Below are positions 24,101-39,200 of a stretch of 64,000 nucleotides of DNA, one piece after another. The position numbers and the translations under genes are program-made. The notes under the pieces are model-generated. The model did not search any database and had not been told where the DNA came from. It saw only the letters and a list, made by a program, of their open reading frames with translations. Origin of the DNA: Eledone cirrhosa (Eukaryota); the NCBI GenBank assembly GCA_964016885.1, contig OZ024754.1, forward strand, positions 16,058,001 to 16,122,000. Direction: 5' to 3'. How positions within the stretch are numbered: the first letter of the stretch is position 1; each line of letters opens with the position of its first letter.

Positions 24101-27100
24101 GGGTACTAATGAAATTTGTTAAAAAAATATAATATGGCCTCTGATGTTGCATGATATGCCTAAAACTGAAGGTGAAAAATTAGTCAAAATATGAACTTTG
24201 TGGCGAACTCCATTGATTTCTAGGGTGTTTAGGGTCTGGGCAATGATTGGTCAATGGGAAAAAATCAAAAGTACCCTTGATGATGTTGTTGACTGTCAGT
24301 CAAGTAACTGTAGTAGTCATAAGTTACAGGTCAGTTATTGTGTATACTAATGAAGTTTTTCGCATGAAATCTTTGCCTAACACTTAAATAACACAATGGT
24401 TTTCTTCCCAATTCTCGATGGAATTATAAGTACTAAAATCTGCATAGTTATTAATATGATTATTATAATGCTTTGGAGAGTAGTGGATAGGCTGAATCAG
24501 TAAAGAGCACTACTAAATATCATCATCATTTAATGACTGTTCTCCCTGCTACTAACAGTTGGAGAGGCCATAGACCAAGCCAATACTTAATCAGAGCTAC
24601 TGACATTTCAGATGGGCCAGGGACACATCTTACATACGTTCATGCAGTATTTAAAATGTACTGAGTGCATTTTATTATGGCACAATTACTAGGGAGGCTT
24701 TCATGTCTTTGACACAACTGAAGAATTCTCTTGAACCTTTGCTTGGCAGCTTTTCTGTGGCTGAATGTTGTTCCTACCACCACAACCACTTTACTGAGGG
24801 TACTGGGTACATTTGATCAAATCATTAACACTATAGAGGTTGTCATGCCCTTGACACAACTGAAGAGTCTTTTCAAGTCTTTTTTGCAGGGTTTCTTCAG
24901 CTGCGGGCCCTTCATATCAGCAACCATCTTACAGGGTGTACTGGGTGTATTTTCCGTGACACCAGCACTAAAGAGATTGTTGTGTCATAACAGAAGGGTT
25001 CCCTCAACTCTTTTTAGCTTGCCATAGTCAAAAACCCCAACCCTTGATTGAAAATCACTGGCTCACCTCTGTTCTGTAGCAAGTTTTGGAGATGGAGATT
25101 TAGGTTCTAAAGTATCTGGATCTATTTCCTCTTCATTTTCAGTTACCCAACTGCAATCACTGATGCCATCTTCATCGTCATCATCATCTTCAGAAGATTC
25201 ATCGGAGCTGATTTCACTCAGCTAACAGAGGAACACAATAGGGAGATAAAAAAAAAAATAAAAAAAAAAAAAATATATATATATGAGATAAACAGTAAAA
25301 CAAAAGTGGTTATCCCAAATATTACTTTAACTGTTTTGTTATTATATTTCTAATAATCAAGTATTTGGAGGGATTTAACATGACTGACTTTTTCATTATA
25401 AAGTAAGGTTTTTACATAAAATTGAGGAAAAGTTTTTAGATAAATATAAACAAACAGCTTTGTCTTTGAGAACCAGAGAAGATTTCAGACAGTTTAATAT
25501 CAAAAGGGTTAACCCCAATCCTGATTAAGCAATTAAATAAACAATGTTTTAAAATTAAAAAAACTTACTCTTTAAAGAGTTTTAAAAAAGCTGATTATAT
25601 GCTAGTCTTTTTAATAAGGACATATTTTAGTTCTACATGCACTGTCTCAATAAAAGATGGGGGGCGGGGGGAGGAGGAGAAGATCAAAGTTGGATTGCCT
25701 ATGGCCACACAAGTCTGCTTGATCAGGGGTTAAACAACAGGGGTTAAACAACAACTATAAATAGGAGAAAATGAAAACTAACCTCATCTCCAACGATAAA
25801 AAGTTCTTGTGGGTAGCAACAGGAAACTTTACTGCTCGGCCACTTAATTAGAACAAATCCCTGAGGATCTAGCTGATACACCTGACCAGCAGCTTCCACT
25901 TGATCACCATTGCTGTTTTCCTAAAATAAACAGTTACAGATGCTCTTTAGATTCCTTTCAAAACAAGTTTTCTAGGTGTTCTTCTAAATATTAAGCTGCA
26001 AAGAGTCAAGAGGACCTTTCAGATATGTCAAGGGCATGACACCCTCTCTAGTGATGGTGCCCTGATAAAATGCACCCAGTACCCTCCATAAAGTGTTTGA
26101 TAGGAAGGGCATCCAGCCATAGATCTTTCCCAGCTAAGTGTTGAGAGGACTTTTCAGTTGTATCAAAGACATGATTCCCTCCCTAGTGCTGGTCCCATGA
26201 TAAAATGCACCCTGCGCACTCTGCAGAGTTCAGGAATGCATGTGGGAAAGATGTACTCCACTGGCCGATTTGAGAGGTCAGCCACTCCAACTAAAGTACT
26301 GATTTTCTCTATGATGACTCGTCCAATACTAACCAGCTGAGAAATTATATTAAATGGCAATGATGATGATGAATAAGATAAATAAATAAATACAAGGACT
26401 ATTCAGTTGTGCCATAGACACGAAAACCTCCCTAGTGTTGGTGATCTACATGATAAATGCACCCAGTACACTCTGTGAAGTGGTTGGTGACATGAAGGTC
26501 ATCTGACCATAGAAAACCTGACTAACAAAGTTAGGCAGGTTTTCTATATACTCTTCAGTAGTATCAAAGACATGACAACTTCCCCCTAGTATTGGTGCCA
26601 CAATAAAAAGGCACTCGTATGTCAGGTCCTCAACTCACCTGGAGGTCTGAGACTCCCCTTGATGCACTCAGTTGAGCACAGGGTCATATGTCAGGTCCCC
26701 AGCTCACCTGGAGGTTTGAGACAGCTTCATGTATTCAGTTGAGCACAGGATCATGTCAGGTCCCCAGCTCACCTGGAGGTCTGAGACTCCCCTTGATGCA
26801 CTCAGTTGAGCACAGGGTCAATTGTCAGGTCCCCAGCTCACCTGGAGGTTTGAGACTGCTTGATGTATTCAGTTGAGCACAGGGTCATATGTCAGGTCCC
26901 CAGCTCACCTGGAGGTTTGAGACTACTTGATGTATTCAGTTGAGCACAGGATCATATGTCAGGTCCCCAGTTCACCTGGAGGTTTGAGACTACTTGATGT
27001 ATTCAGTTGAGCACAGGGTCATATGTCAGGTCCCCAGCTCACCTGGAGGTTTGAGACTGCCCTTGATGTATTCAGTTGAGCACAGGGTCATATGTCAGGT

Positions 27101-29440
27101 CCCCAGCTCACCTGGAGGTTTGAGACTCCCCTTGATGTATTCAGTTGAGCACAGGGTCATATGTCAGGTCCCCAGTTCACCTGGAGGTTTGAGACAGCTT
27201 CATGTATTCAGTTGAGCACAGGATCATATGTCAGGTCCCCAGCTCACCTGGAGGTTTGAGACTCCCCTTGATGTATTCAGTTGAGCACAGGGTCATATGT
27301 CAGGTCCCCAGTTCACCTGGAGGTTTGAGACTACTTGATGTATTCAGTTGAGCACAGGGTCATATGTCAGGTCCCCAGCTCACCTGGAGGTTTGAGACTG
27401 CTTGATGTATTCAGTTGAGCACAGGATCATATGTCAGGTCCCCAGCTCACCTGGAGGTTTGAGACTGCTTGATGTATTCAGTTGAGCACAGGGTCATATG
27501 TCAGGTCCCCAGCTCACCTGGAGGTTTGAGACTACTTGATGTATTCAGTTGAGCACAGGGTCATATGTCAGGTCCCCAGCTCACCTGGAGGTTTGAGACT
27601 GCTTGATGTATTCAGTTGAGCACAGGGTCATATGTCAGGTCCCCAGCTCACCTGGAGGTTTGAGACTGCCCTTGAATACTATTGAATTGGCCTGTGATGA
27701 CCTGTCCAACCCTTGCTAGCAGTGAAAATGGATGCTAAATGATGACAATGATGAAATGAATATAAACAGCTTACATCTGCACCATCAACTCTGATAACTG
27801 CATACCCCGGCCGGTACTTGTAATAGGGATGGTCTTTAATGTCATATACACTCACTTCACTATTTAAAGATATTTCTTCAGGTCTGACAAGTAAAACAGA
27901 TAGTATAATGTAAAGCAGTACATGCAAATAAAACGTCAAATTTAAAAATTTCACATAAATATTTATTTCCTGACATAATCCATTAGATATATTTCTCCCA
28001 TTATCACCAAAAAGGTACACAATTTAGAGTTTTAATCCTTTGTTAATATATTCCTAATGACATACAATGTATTTCAATTAATTATTTGGAGCGATTTATT
28101 AAAATTAGTTATTTAATTATTAAGGTGGTTTTTGTAGCATAACTTAAAAGGATTTTATATAAAATTATATTGGAAGATTTTAATAGGAACCCCTTACAAC
28201 ACACCAAACTAAAAGACCTACATGGAGGTTGTTTGTGGCAGTGTGGTGTGGTGGTAGTGAAGCAGTAACCAAACCTATATGGAGGCTGTTTGTGGCAGTG
28301 TGGTGTGGTGGTAGTGAAGCAGTAACCAAACCTATATGGAGGCTGTTTATGGCAGTGTGGTGTGGTGGTAGTGAAGCAGTAACCAAACCTATGTGGAGGC
28401 TGTTTGTGGCAGTGTGGTGTGGTGGTAGTGAAGCAGTAACCAAACCTATATGGAGGCTGTTTGTGGCAGTGTGGTGTGGTGGTAGTGAAGCAGTAACGAA
28501 ACCTATATGGAGGCTGTTTGTGGCAGTGTGGTGTGGTGGTAGTGAAGCAGTAACGAAACCTATATGGAGGCTGTTTGTGGCAGTGTGGTGTGGTGGTAGT
28601 GAAGCAGTAACCAAACCTATATGGAGGCTGTTTGTGGCAGTGTGGTGTGGTGGTAGTGAAGCAGTAACCAAACCTATATGGAGGCTGTTTGTGGCAGTGT
28701 GGTGTGGTGGTAGTGAAGCAGTAACCAAACCTATATGGAGGCTGTTTGTGGCAGTGTGGTGTGGTGGTAGTGAAGCAGTAACCAAACCTATGTGGAGGCT
28801 GTTTGTGGCAGTGTGGTGTGGTGGTAGTGAAGCAGTAACCAAACCTATGTGGAGGCTGTTTGTGGCAGTGTGGTGTGGTGGTAGTGAAGCAGTAACCAAA
28901 CCTATATGGAGGCTGTTTATGGCAGTGTGGTGTGGTGGTAGTGAAGCAGTAACCAAACCTATGTGGAGGCAGTTTGTGGCAGTGTGGTGTGGTGGTAGTG
29001 AAGCAGTAACCAAACCTATATGGAGGCTGTTTGTGGCAGTGTGGTGTGGTGGTAGTGAAGCAGTAACCAAACCTATATGGAGGCTGTTTATGGCAGTGTG
29101 GTGTGGTGGTAGTGAAGCAGTAACCAAACCTATGTGGAGGCTGTTTGTGGCAGTGTGGTGTGGTGGTAGTGAAGCAGTAACCAAACCTATATGGAGGCTG
29201 TTTGTGGCAGTGTGGTGTGGTGGTAGTGAAGCAGTAACCAAACCTATATGGAGGCTGTTTATGGCAGTGTGTTGTGGTGGTGTTGAGTAAGGACCCAAAA
29301 CTATGTGGAGGTTGTTTATGACAGGGTATGGGTGGAGGGGGCTCAATGGTTACATAATGACAGGGGCTAAGGCTTTTAGGTTTAAAAGAACACACAACAT
29401 TTAGAAATACTTACAATAGATGTTAGTTTTCATTCATTCA

Positions 29441-29489
<49 letters not shown>

Positions 29490-29681
29490 ATAATTTTTTC
29501 TACTTTTGGCACAAGGCCAGCAATTATCCCAGTGAATTACTGGTACTTTATTTTATCGACCCCGTAAGGATGAAAGGCAAAGTTAACCTCGGCGGGATTT
29601 GAACTCAGATCATAAATGGCCGTAACTCTATACTGCAAAGCATGGCGTCCGACCCTCTCCCGATACTGCCAATCCACCACC

Positions 29682-29712
<31 letters not shown>

Positions 29713-32700
29713 ATAATAATAATTAGGGAACAAAGAATCAGTGTTGCATCATATATATATGTGTGAGTTTTAAGATAAGATATATCATAAAACCATAAAG
29801 TGTATTAATAGAAATATACTTCTCCAAACTAACCTATTAGATTTCCCAGCATCATAAACTCTCATCCATTTTACCAAACAAGTCCTTTCTGCATGGTTGC
29901 AACTATGGACTACCCCATAGACATTACTAGTAGCAGAATCTGAAAATAAAACCATGAACCATGTTATTTGGTTGGGACCTTGTTAATATTTTGTTAGGAA
30001 GCAGCTGCATGTACAACAGTTAACAGGAACTATTAAAGCAAAAATTGGAAATTATTAAATACTAGACCACCTGTGACCCGTTGGGTCATGTTCACTTCAA
30101 AATAATTTCTAAATAATTAAAATATACACAAATATGTATATAATAACACCACCAGCTCTCTCTACTCCCTTTTCCTTCTGTCTCCTCTCTCACAACCACT
30201 ATCTCTATGAAAGTACCCATGCTCCAATTTATGCGAAACTTGTTTATTCCATTTGTATTCCCATTTAAGGGGCAACTTCCTTTCGAAGTATTTTCCCATT
30301 ATGCGCCCTTTTGGCTTTATTAAATTACAGACAAGCACACAATCAGAGTTTTAGTAGTATATAGATGAACAACATTTTAAAGAATGTGTGTTTATCTGGT
30401 ATAAAAAAGTTACAGCATTTCTTTGAATGTTGTAAGAAGTGACTAAAAGGGCAAGTAGTTATAAAACATTGCTTCAAAAGTCCTAGCTAACCTATGCTAA
30501 CATCGTAAAAAAAAAATAAAATGCATGTGAATTCATTAACATGCATTATATTTGTCTATTTTCACTTCACATCTGACACAGCTGGTAGTGACATTTGTTT
30601 ATGAACTGCATAAATAAAAGTGCTGTAGGTAAGTGGTTCAACAAGGAAAGATTACTATCTTACTTCAAAGAACAAGGGTTGGCATTAAGGACGGACATTC
30701 AGACACAAAAACAATTATAAGTTTTAACTTGCTATAAATGTTTCCTAAAAAATTAAAATGTTGATTGACAGCTTTTCAGTTGAAACCATCATCGTTATCA
30801 TTTAATGCCTGTTTCCCCTTCTAACAAGGGTTGGACTGGTTGTTACGGATTAAGTTACTACTTAATTGAAACCACTCATCAGTCAGACGGGCTGGGACCT
30901 CATCTCAGATACACTCCAATACTCTACATGAGGTCATGTCTTTGATATAACTGAAGAGACCTCTCTACTCTTTATCCGGCAAGTTTTCTATGGTTTGATA
31001 CCCTTCCTACTACCAACCACTTTACAGAGTGTACTGAGTGCACTTTATTGTGCCCTTGGCACAACTGAATAATAACACAGCAACAACAATGGCAGCAATA
31101 ACACAAGCAATAAAATGATTAAGAAAAGTTGTTATGATTTTCTTAGAAATACAGACTGATAAATTACCTTTTGCATCCAAAACATAATCTCCAGGAAAGA
31201 ATTCTAATTCATCCAAATGGTGAATGGGAAACAATTCTGGAGACGGTATCCCTAATTCTATTGATCCATCCTAGAAAAGACAAAAAATATTTTCCTTTTT
31301 TTAAAATTTGTGTATACAGAGTATCTTCAATTCCTATTAATCCTATTACTCTATATACAGGGGTAAAGGAGATGCCCTAGATAGGGGTAACTATAGAGGC
31401 ATTAAATTAATCGACCAGGTCATGAAGGTCACAGAAAAAGTAATAGCGCAACTAATCAGAGAGCGAATTGATCTAGATGAAATGCAGTTCGGGTTTGTGT
31501 CAGGTAAAAGTACCACAGACGCTCTTTTCATTGTACGACAACTACAGGAGAAGCACCTAGCTAAAAGTAAACCCCTATACTTAGCTTTTGTTGACTTGGA
31601 GAAAGCCTTTGACAGAGTTCTCCGCTCCATTATCTGGTGGGCTCTTAGAAAACTAGGTGTTGATGAATGGCTTGTGAGAGCTATACAAGCCATGTATAAA
31701 GAAACAACAGTCAGCAAGGTTAGAATTAACAATGAATATAGTGAAGAGTTTAGCGTAAAGGTTGGTGTTCATCAGGGCTCCGTCCTTAGCCCCCTCCTAT
31801 TTATTATTGCCCTTCAGGCTATAACAGAGGAGTTCAAGACCGGCTGCCCATGGGAACTCCTATATGCAGATGATCTAACGCTCATAGCTGAATCAATGGC
31901 CGAACTAGAAAAGAAATTCCAAATATGGAAGCATAGCCTAGAATCAAAAGCCTTAAAATTAACCTGTCTAAGACTAAAGTTCTAGTTTGTAGGAAGGAAA
32001 ATAGGGCACCAGTCCCATCTGGGAAATGGCCATGCTCAGTGTGTAGGAAAGGAGTAGGCAGAAACTCCATTTTATGTCCCAAATGCAAAGTATGGGTGTA
32101 TAAAAAATGTAGTGGGATCACAGGTAAGCTAACTAAAAATATAGATTTTATATGTGGCCGGTGCTCTGGTGCAATAAGTAGCAGCAAGTGCTCACAGAAT
32201 ACTAGCTCATTCCATTGCACAGATGCTTCTATAGAAATAGTGGACACCTTCCATTACCTGGGTGACAAAATCAGCAGTGGTGGAGGGTGCTTCGAAAGTA
32301 CAGTAGCTAGAGTCAGAACGGGATGGAAAAAGTTCAGAGAGCTTATACCACTATTGGCCGCTAAAGGGTTCTCACTAAAAATGAAAGGCAGGCTGTATGA
32401 TGCCTGCATACGAACAGCAATGTTGCATGGCAGTGAGACCTGGGCATTGTGTGCAGAGGATATACGCAGACTGGAGAGGAACGAAGCTTGCATGCTCCGC
32501 TGGATATGTAACAGTAATATACGTGAACGGCAAAGCATAAACGAACTAAGGGAGAAATTAGGAATAAGAGGGATCAGATGCTGTTTACTTGAGAGAAGGC
32601 TACGTTGGTATGGTCACGTGATGCGCATGAAAGACGACAGCTGTATAAAAAAGTGCAGGGCAATAAAAATAGACGGTAGCCACGGAGTAGGCAGACCCAG

Positions 32701-33182
32701 AAAAACCTGGGACGACTTGATAAATTCCGACCTCACACACTTACACCTCTCCAAGACAATGTCACTGGACCGAGATCTTTGGCGATACACAGTAATACAG
32801 AAGACATGCCTTGCAAAGCGAAACCTACAGTCAGTAGGCACCTCTAACAAAATACACCCCGGCCCCACTACCCCCACCTCATCCACACCACCCCTTTCAA
32901 TGTAAAGTGATGTTGGTACCACAACATCCAGTCCGAAACAAATGAGGGCGTGTAGATGTCACGACAAAAAAACACACAGTCCACGCTGTAATGTGGCCGT
33001 GTAGGTAACACGGTAAAAACCTCCCAGTCCACACTGTAAACGTGGTTGGTGTTAGGAAGGGCATCCAGCCGTAGAAAACCTACCAGACAGTCCTATACGA
33101 GCAAGACAACCAATCTTGCCTCAAGTGGGAAAATTCCCGTCCAAACCCATGCTAGCGTGGAAGATGGACGTTAAACGAGGAT

Positions 33183-33217
<35 letters not shown>

Positions 33218-36200
33218 ATTATTGTAGTAAAAGCTTTATGTCACATAATATCGAATCTATGGGAATTTGATATTTATTTTGAGAACAATTGGTATGAGTG
33301 ACCAGTTACAGCCAGTTTGAATAGAAAAAGGTGAGAGGATTCTGGCCAGGTATGGCCGGCTTAAATGCTAAAGTAATATTAAAACTAGAAATTTCAAGAT
33401 ATTTCTATAATTTAATCCTTTTGATATCAACCTCCCCGAAACTGCCCCTGACTGTATGATACACCACACAACTGTTTCTTTTAAGGTGTTTATGTTCATC
33501 TAAAAACCTTCCATGATTATTTTATGCAAGTTATGCTCCAAACCACATCTTAATAATTAGAAAGATAGTTATATTATTAAATCTTTCCAAATTATTTAAC
33601 ATCACAGGCAGTGCATTTCAGTAGAGATATGGTAAGGAAAGGTTAAAATATGTTTAATACAAAGAAAGATAATTTACCTGCCAGACGACATTAACTAGAG
33701 AAAAAGTGTAACAGACTTCTGCAGGTATTTTTTCCCCATGTTTCAACTCTCTTTCAGGTAAAATTAATTTCTGACGGGCCTTTCTCCCTCTCACTCTCTT
33801 CATAAGACGGGTCTTAAGTGCAGGACCATGTTGAGAAGATCTCTTCCTGCGTAGGGAGGAACTAGAAGCATTAGAATGGCCAGATGCAGAAGCTCGGTCA
33901 GATTCTTCCTCATCTTCTAGTTCTTCATATTCATCAAGATTCTCAATTTCATCAATGCTAGTCACACACATATCACTGACTTCAGGCACACACTGATCAT
34001 TACTCTGAGCTGCTACTATCGACACCTTTTCATGATTCCCCTCCTTGGCCTTCTTCATGTTATTCTGTGTAAAGCCATTCATCAGGTTCTTACAAGTATC
34101 CCCTCCATTTGGTACAATTGGGGGGCTATGGTATTTTGGTTGGCTATTCAGTATAACATCACTGTCCTTGATAGTGTAGTAACATTTGTCTCCAATTTGA
34201 ATGGAGCTGTGGTGAAACCAATCTAATTTCTGCATTCTGTAAAAAAACAAACAAACCAATTATAAACTTTAATAATGTCAAATATTAATTTCTGCAAAGG
34301 AATGTAACATTTATTATAATGACATAGAGAAACAATATTCTAGTTTCCAATTGTTACGGTTTGCTCCCTTCTAGTCTCTCTTTAGGGTCTTGGGATAAGT
34401 AACCTTTGTACGTTCATCCCACACCTCCCAGGACAGGTCACAGGCACATGATCAGTTCTCGCGGTGTTGGATGGAGACTGCAATATATTTTTAATACGGG
34501 CCCCTCTAGCCCTTATTTCATGATGCTCCAGTAATCTGTGGACTTATCTCTTTCTACTGTATTAACAATATCGAAAGCTCTGGTAACAGAACAAAATAAT
34601 CTGTTGTTGAGACCACCTCTAGTTTCTCCACACCAGGCTGACACATGGGGACATTCTCTAAATGTTAAAAGTAATATAGAGAGTTATGGTGTACAAATGT
34701 TTTTATCTTAGTATTTTATAAACATTATTTGTACAACATAACTCTCTATATTACTTTTATCTTAGTATTTTATAAACATTATTTGTACAACATAACTCTC
34801 TATATTACTTTTATCTTAGTATTTTATAAACATTATTTGTACACCATAACTCTCTATATTACTTTTATCTTAGTATTTTATAAACATTATTTGTACACCA
34901 TAACTCTCTATATTACTTTTATCTTAGTATTTTATAAACATTATTTGTACACCATAACTCTCTATATTACTTTTATCTTAGTATTTTATAAACATTTGTA
35001 CAACATAACTCTCTATATTACTTTTATCTTAGTATTTTATAAACTTTATTTGTACAACATAATTCTCTATATTACTTTTATCTTAGTATTTTATAAACAT
35101 TATTTGTACACCATAACTCTCTATATTACTTTTATCTTAGTATTTTATAAACATTATTTGTACAACATAATTCTCTATATTACTTTTATCTTAGTATTTT
35201 ATAAACATTATTTGTACACCATAACTCTCTATATTACTTTTATCTTAGTATTTTATAAACATTTGTACAACATAACTCTCTATATTACTTTTATCTTAGT
35301 ATTTTATAAACATTTGTACAACATAACTCTCTATATTACTTTTATCTTAGTATTTTATAAACATTATTTGTACACCATAACTCTCTATATTACTTTTATC
35401 TTAGTATTTTATAAACATTATTTGTACAACATAATTCTCTATATTACTTTTATCTTAGTATTTTATAAACATTATTTGTACACCATAACTCTCTATATTA
35501 CTTTTATCTTAGTATTTTATAAACATTATTTGTACAACATAACTCTCTATATTACTTTTATCTTAGTATTTTATAAACATTATTTGTACACCATAACTCT
35601 CTATATTACTTTTATCTTAGTATTTTATAAACATTATTTGTACACCATAACTCTCTATATTACTTTTATCTTAGTATTTTATAAACATTATTTGTACACC
35701 ATAACTCTCTATATTACTTTTATCTTAGTATTTTATAAACATTATTTGTACAATATAACTCTCTATATTACTTTTATCTATCTAAGTATATTATAAACAT
35801 TATTTCTTATTCCTACACATCAAATATCCAAAAATTAACCTTAAATAATTTCAAATATGTCCCCTCTCCCTTCTTTCACAATTTTTGGAATGGGAACTAT
35901 TTTAAGGAGTGGGGGAGAATACGGTGCTATTTATGGCTGATGCTAATTTTTTGGTTCTTTGATAAGGGAGCAAAGAATTTTCAAGATTAAGAAAAATTTG
36001 TCTTAGTTAAACTAAGATCATAAGTTACAAGCACACAAAAAAGATTGTTCTAGAGAATATACCATTACCTGTTTATATCATCTTTCTTAACAATAAATGG
36101 TGGTGCTTCAACACTGGGACCATTTTTAAAGCCACAACAAGACCAATGCACTTCAACGTCTTTGGTTTTCACCTGAAAATAATAACCTATTTATTGACAA

Positions 36201-39200
36201 TAAACTATGACTATAGAATCATGTTTAAAACTAAATTTGTTCTTTAAATTAATAAACAGGTGAAAAAATAACTATAAAGAGTAATACTGTTACAACCAAC
36301 AAAACTAAATTTATATAACTTGGGCTTGAGAAGGACATAACAACCCCTCTATTGCTGGTGGCATGATAGAATGCACCCATTACACCCAATAAATTGATTG
36401 GCAGTAGGAAGGGAATCCATCCATAAAAACCATGACAAATATGGAACTTAATGAGCAAGATGGTGTTGGATCATGACAACTTGCATGATGTAAAATGAAG
36501 ATTGATAATGATGTTTGAAAGACTTCCAACTATGAGGCATAAGAGAGAAACAACTTGTTAAGTCTTAACAGCACAGTGTTATTACTAAGTTAAACATTTC
36601 ACCAAATAGACACTGGTAATTACAGGTATATTTGATATTACTACTGTGGGTATGGTGTGGTGTGCGGTGGCCGGAAGCTGGGGAGTGCTTGACCGGAAGG
36701 GTGCTCGACCGGAAGAGCCAGCAGATCGGTCTCTCTCTAGTGGTGATCAAACGATGTGGACGCGAGTTTGGCAGCTCCCACGTGTTAATGAGTTGGACGC
36801 ACGTGGAAGAGGAGAAACCAGCCATAGGATTTAGCGGCGCCTATGAAAAGCGGTAAGTGAGATAGCTTTTTCTAACCACAAGCTATTTCGGCAGTGGAAA
36901 CTGAGATCTGATAATAAAAAAAAAAAAAACAAAAAAAAAAACTTTCTCGAAAACAACGCTACTGGAAAAACAGAGAGGAGCCTGTTGTTTTTTTTTTTTT
37001 TTATTTTTTATTACGTACCGCAAGACAAATTAGGATATGGCGACGAGACTACGAACGAGCGAAGCGATTAGGGCATTTACCGGTGAAGGCGATGTTGTCG
37101 CTTGGCTGCAAAAAGTCCGGCTGGTTGCAAGCTTACAGAAGATAGAAGATGTGGCTGGCCTCATGGCACTATACCTCGAGGGGGACGCGTTGGTACTCTT
37201 CTTTGAGTTGGATGAACACAGCCAAAGAGATGCGCAAAAGATTGAGAGGCACATGATGGAAGCGTTTGCGGTGGGACCGTTAGCCGCTTTGGCTAAGCTG
37301 GCAAGAATTAGATGGAACGGTGAACGTGTTGACAATTTCGCAGCGGAAATACGGCGATTGGCCATGTTGGCTGGATATCAGGTGGAATGCGAACGCATGG
37401 TGCGGTTGGCGTTCATAAATGGATTTCCAGACGACATAGCGGTGAAACTGCAGTAAGTCCCGGGTTACAAAGAAATGGAGATGCGTTCACTGGTGGAGCA
37501 AGCCTGCATCATAGCAGAAGATGCCAAGAAGAGTGTCGCGGCGATAGCAACTAGAGGCTCAAGACAGCTGGCAGCGAAATGGTGAAAGGGAGGCAACCAC
37601 AGCACACGGTTGCCCGCGAACGTTTAGAGGTCGCTGTTTTAGGTGCCAGGGCCCGCACATGGCGAGAGACTGTAGAGAGTCAAGGCCGGAAATAATATGC
37701 TACCGGTGTAAGCGACCAGGCCACATCGCTACTAGCTGTGACCAGGGAAACGATCCAAGGGGAACTACTGCGCCGGTAGTTGCCCCCTACGAGTAGAGGC
37801 TCTGCCTGTGGTGGAAGTCTTCGTGAGGGGAAAGCCACAGCTAGCCCTCGGGGACACGGGCTGTATGACGACACTGGTGACCGCGGGGGTGGCGCAGACG
37901 TGGAGAGGGAAGAGCAGCGTAAGGGCAGTCTACGGCAGGAAAATTGAATGCCGAGGTCGCAGCGAGTTGGAGATGACGGTACGGGGAAGGAAAATAAGGC
38001 TTTCTGCCATCGTAGTTGACGTGATGGATGGGATCGGCGTGGTTATGGGCATGGACGCAATTGGCCGTCTAGAAGGCGTCACAGTAAACAACGTCAGTGT
38101 GTCGTTTGGCGGCGCTGAATCGGTATGCGCTGTGAGTACGTGACAGGAAAACCAGAAGGCCCACGAGGAGAAATACCCCGCTTACACTGTGCAGGACAAT
38201 GACTTCAAGGCCGTGTTCGATGGGCAGCGATGGGTTGTTGAGTGGTACTGGAAGGGAGAACCACCAACACTGAAGACCAAAGTGGGCTGCTATCAACACA
38301 CATTGAAGGGAAACATTAGGAGCAAGTTCGAGCGAGAGGTAGAAAGATGGATTGAGGAGGGCATACTGATTCCCTGGAAAGAGGAGGTGAAGTGCGGAGT
38401 ATTGCCGTTAATGGCGGTGGCGCAACACACGAAGAACAAGGTGAGGCCGGTACTGGACTTTCGGGAGCTGAACGAGCACGTGTCATGCCACACGGGTGGC
38501 GAGGTCACGGATGTCTGTGGGGAAACCCTGTGTGAGTGGAGACGCATGACGGGGGGTTCCGCAATTGTAGATCTAAAGTCGGCATACTTGCAATTGCATA
38601 TAGATGAGAAGCTCTGGCAGTATCAGCTGGTCAGGTATAAGGGCCGGACATATTGCCTGACCAGGCTCGGTTTCGGGCTGAGCTCCGCACCGAAAATCAT
38701 GGCGGCAGTCCTTAAGACCATTCTGGGAAAGGCCGACAAGATGAAGCGGGCCACTAATTCCTACATTGACGACATCCTAGTGGACGAGTCTGTAGTGTCG
38801 GCGGCGGAGGTCACAAGCCATTTTCAGGGGTATGGACTGGCTGCGAAGCCGTCAGAAGCGTTGGAGGGAGGAGCCGCGCTGGGACTTAGGCTACGGCGAG
38901 ACAGAACGGGCGTCTTGGTATTCCAGAGGGGAAATGAAGTTCCAGAACTGAGCCCAAGTACGAGTAGGCGGGAGCTTTTCTCGGTGTGTGGAAAGTTGGT
39001 GGGTCACTACCCGATTGCTGGGTGGCTCCGGACGGCATGCAGCTATGTCAAGAGACGAGCGGGAGGGGTGACTTGGAGTTACAGAGTGGGAGAGAGGACG
39101 GTGGCCATGATGCAGGAGATCATGGGGAGGGTGAAGGCCGACGACCCAGTGCGGGGACGCTGGTATGTTCCCAAATCGCAGAGCGGGACCGTAAGGTGCA

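Noticed and set aside
26618-27674. Regularly spaced repeats resembling a CRISPR array
   Set aside because: Head-to-tail units with no unique spacers, no cas genes, and eukaryotic intron context.
28109-29395. 350-430-aa Cys/His/Thr-rich repeat ORFs
   Set aside because: 57-bp minisatellite open in three frames by unit composition; no start or splice evidence.
34729-35796. 355-aa hydrophobic repeat ORF
   Set aside because: 54-bp AT-rich minisatellite.
36565-36856. Paired ORFs at 36632 and 40463 with the same C-terminus
   Set aside because: Both are incidental frames through the two LTRs.
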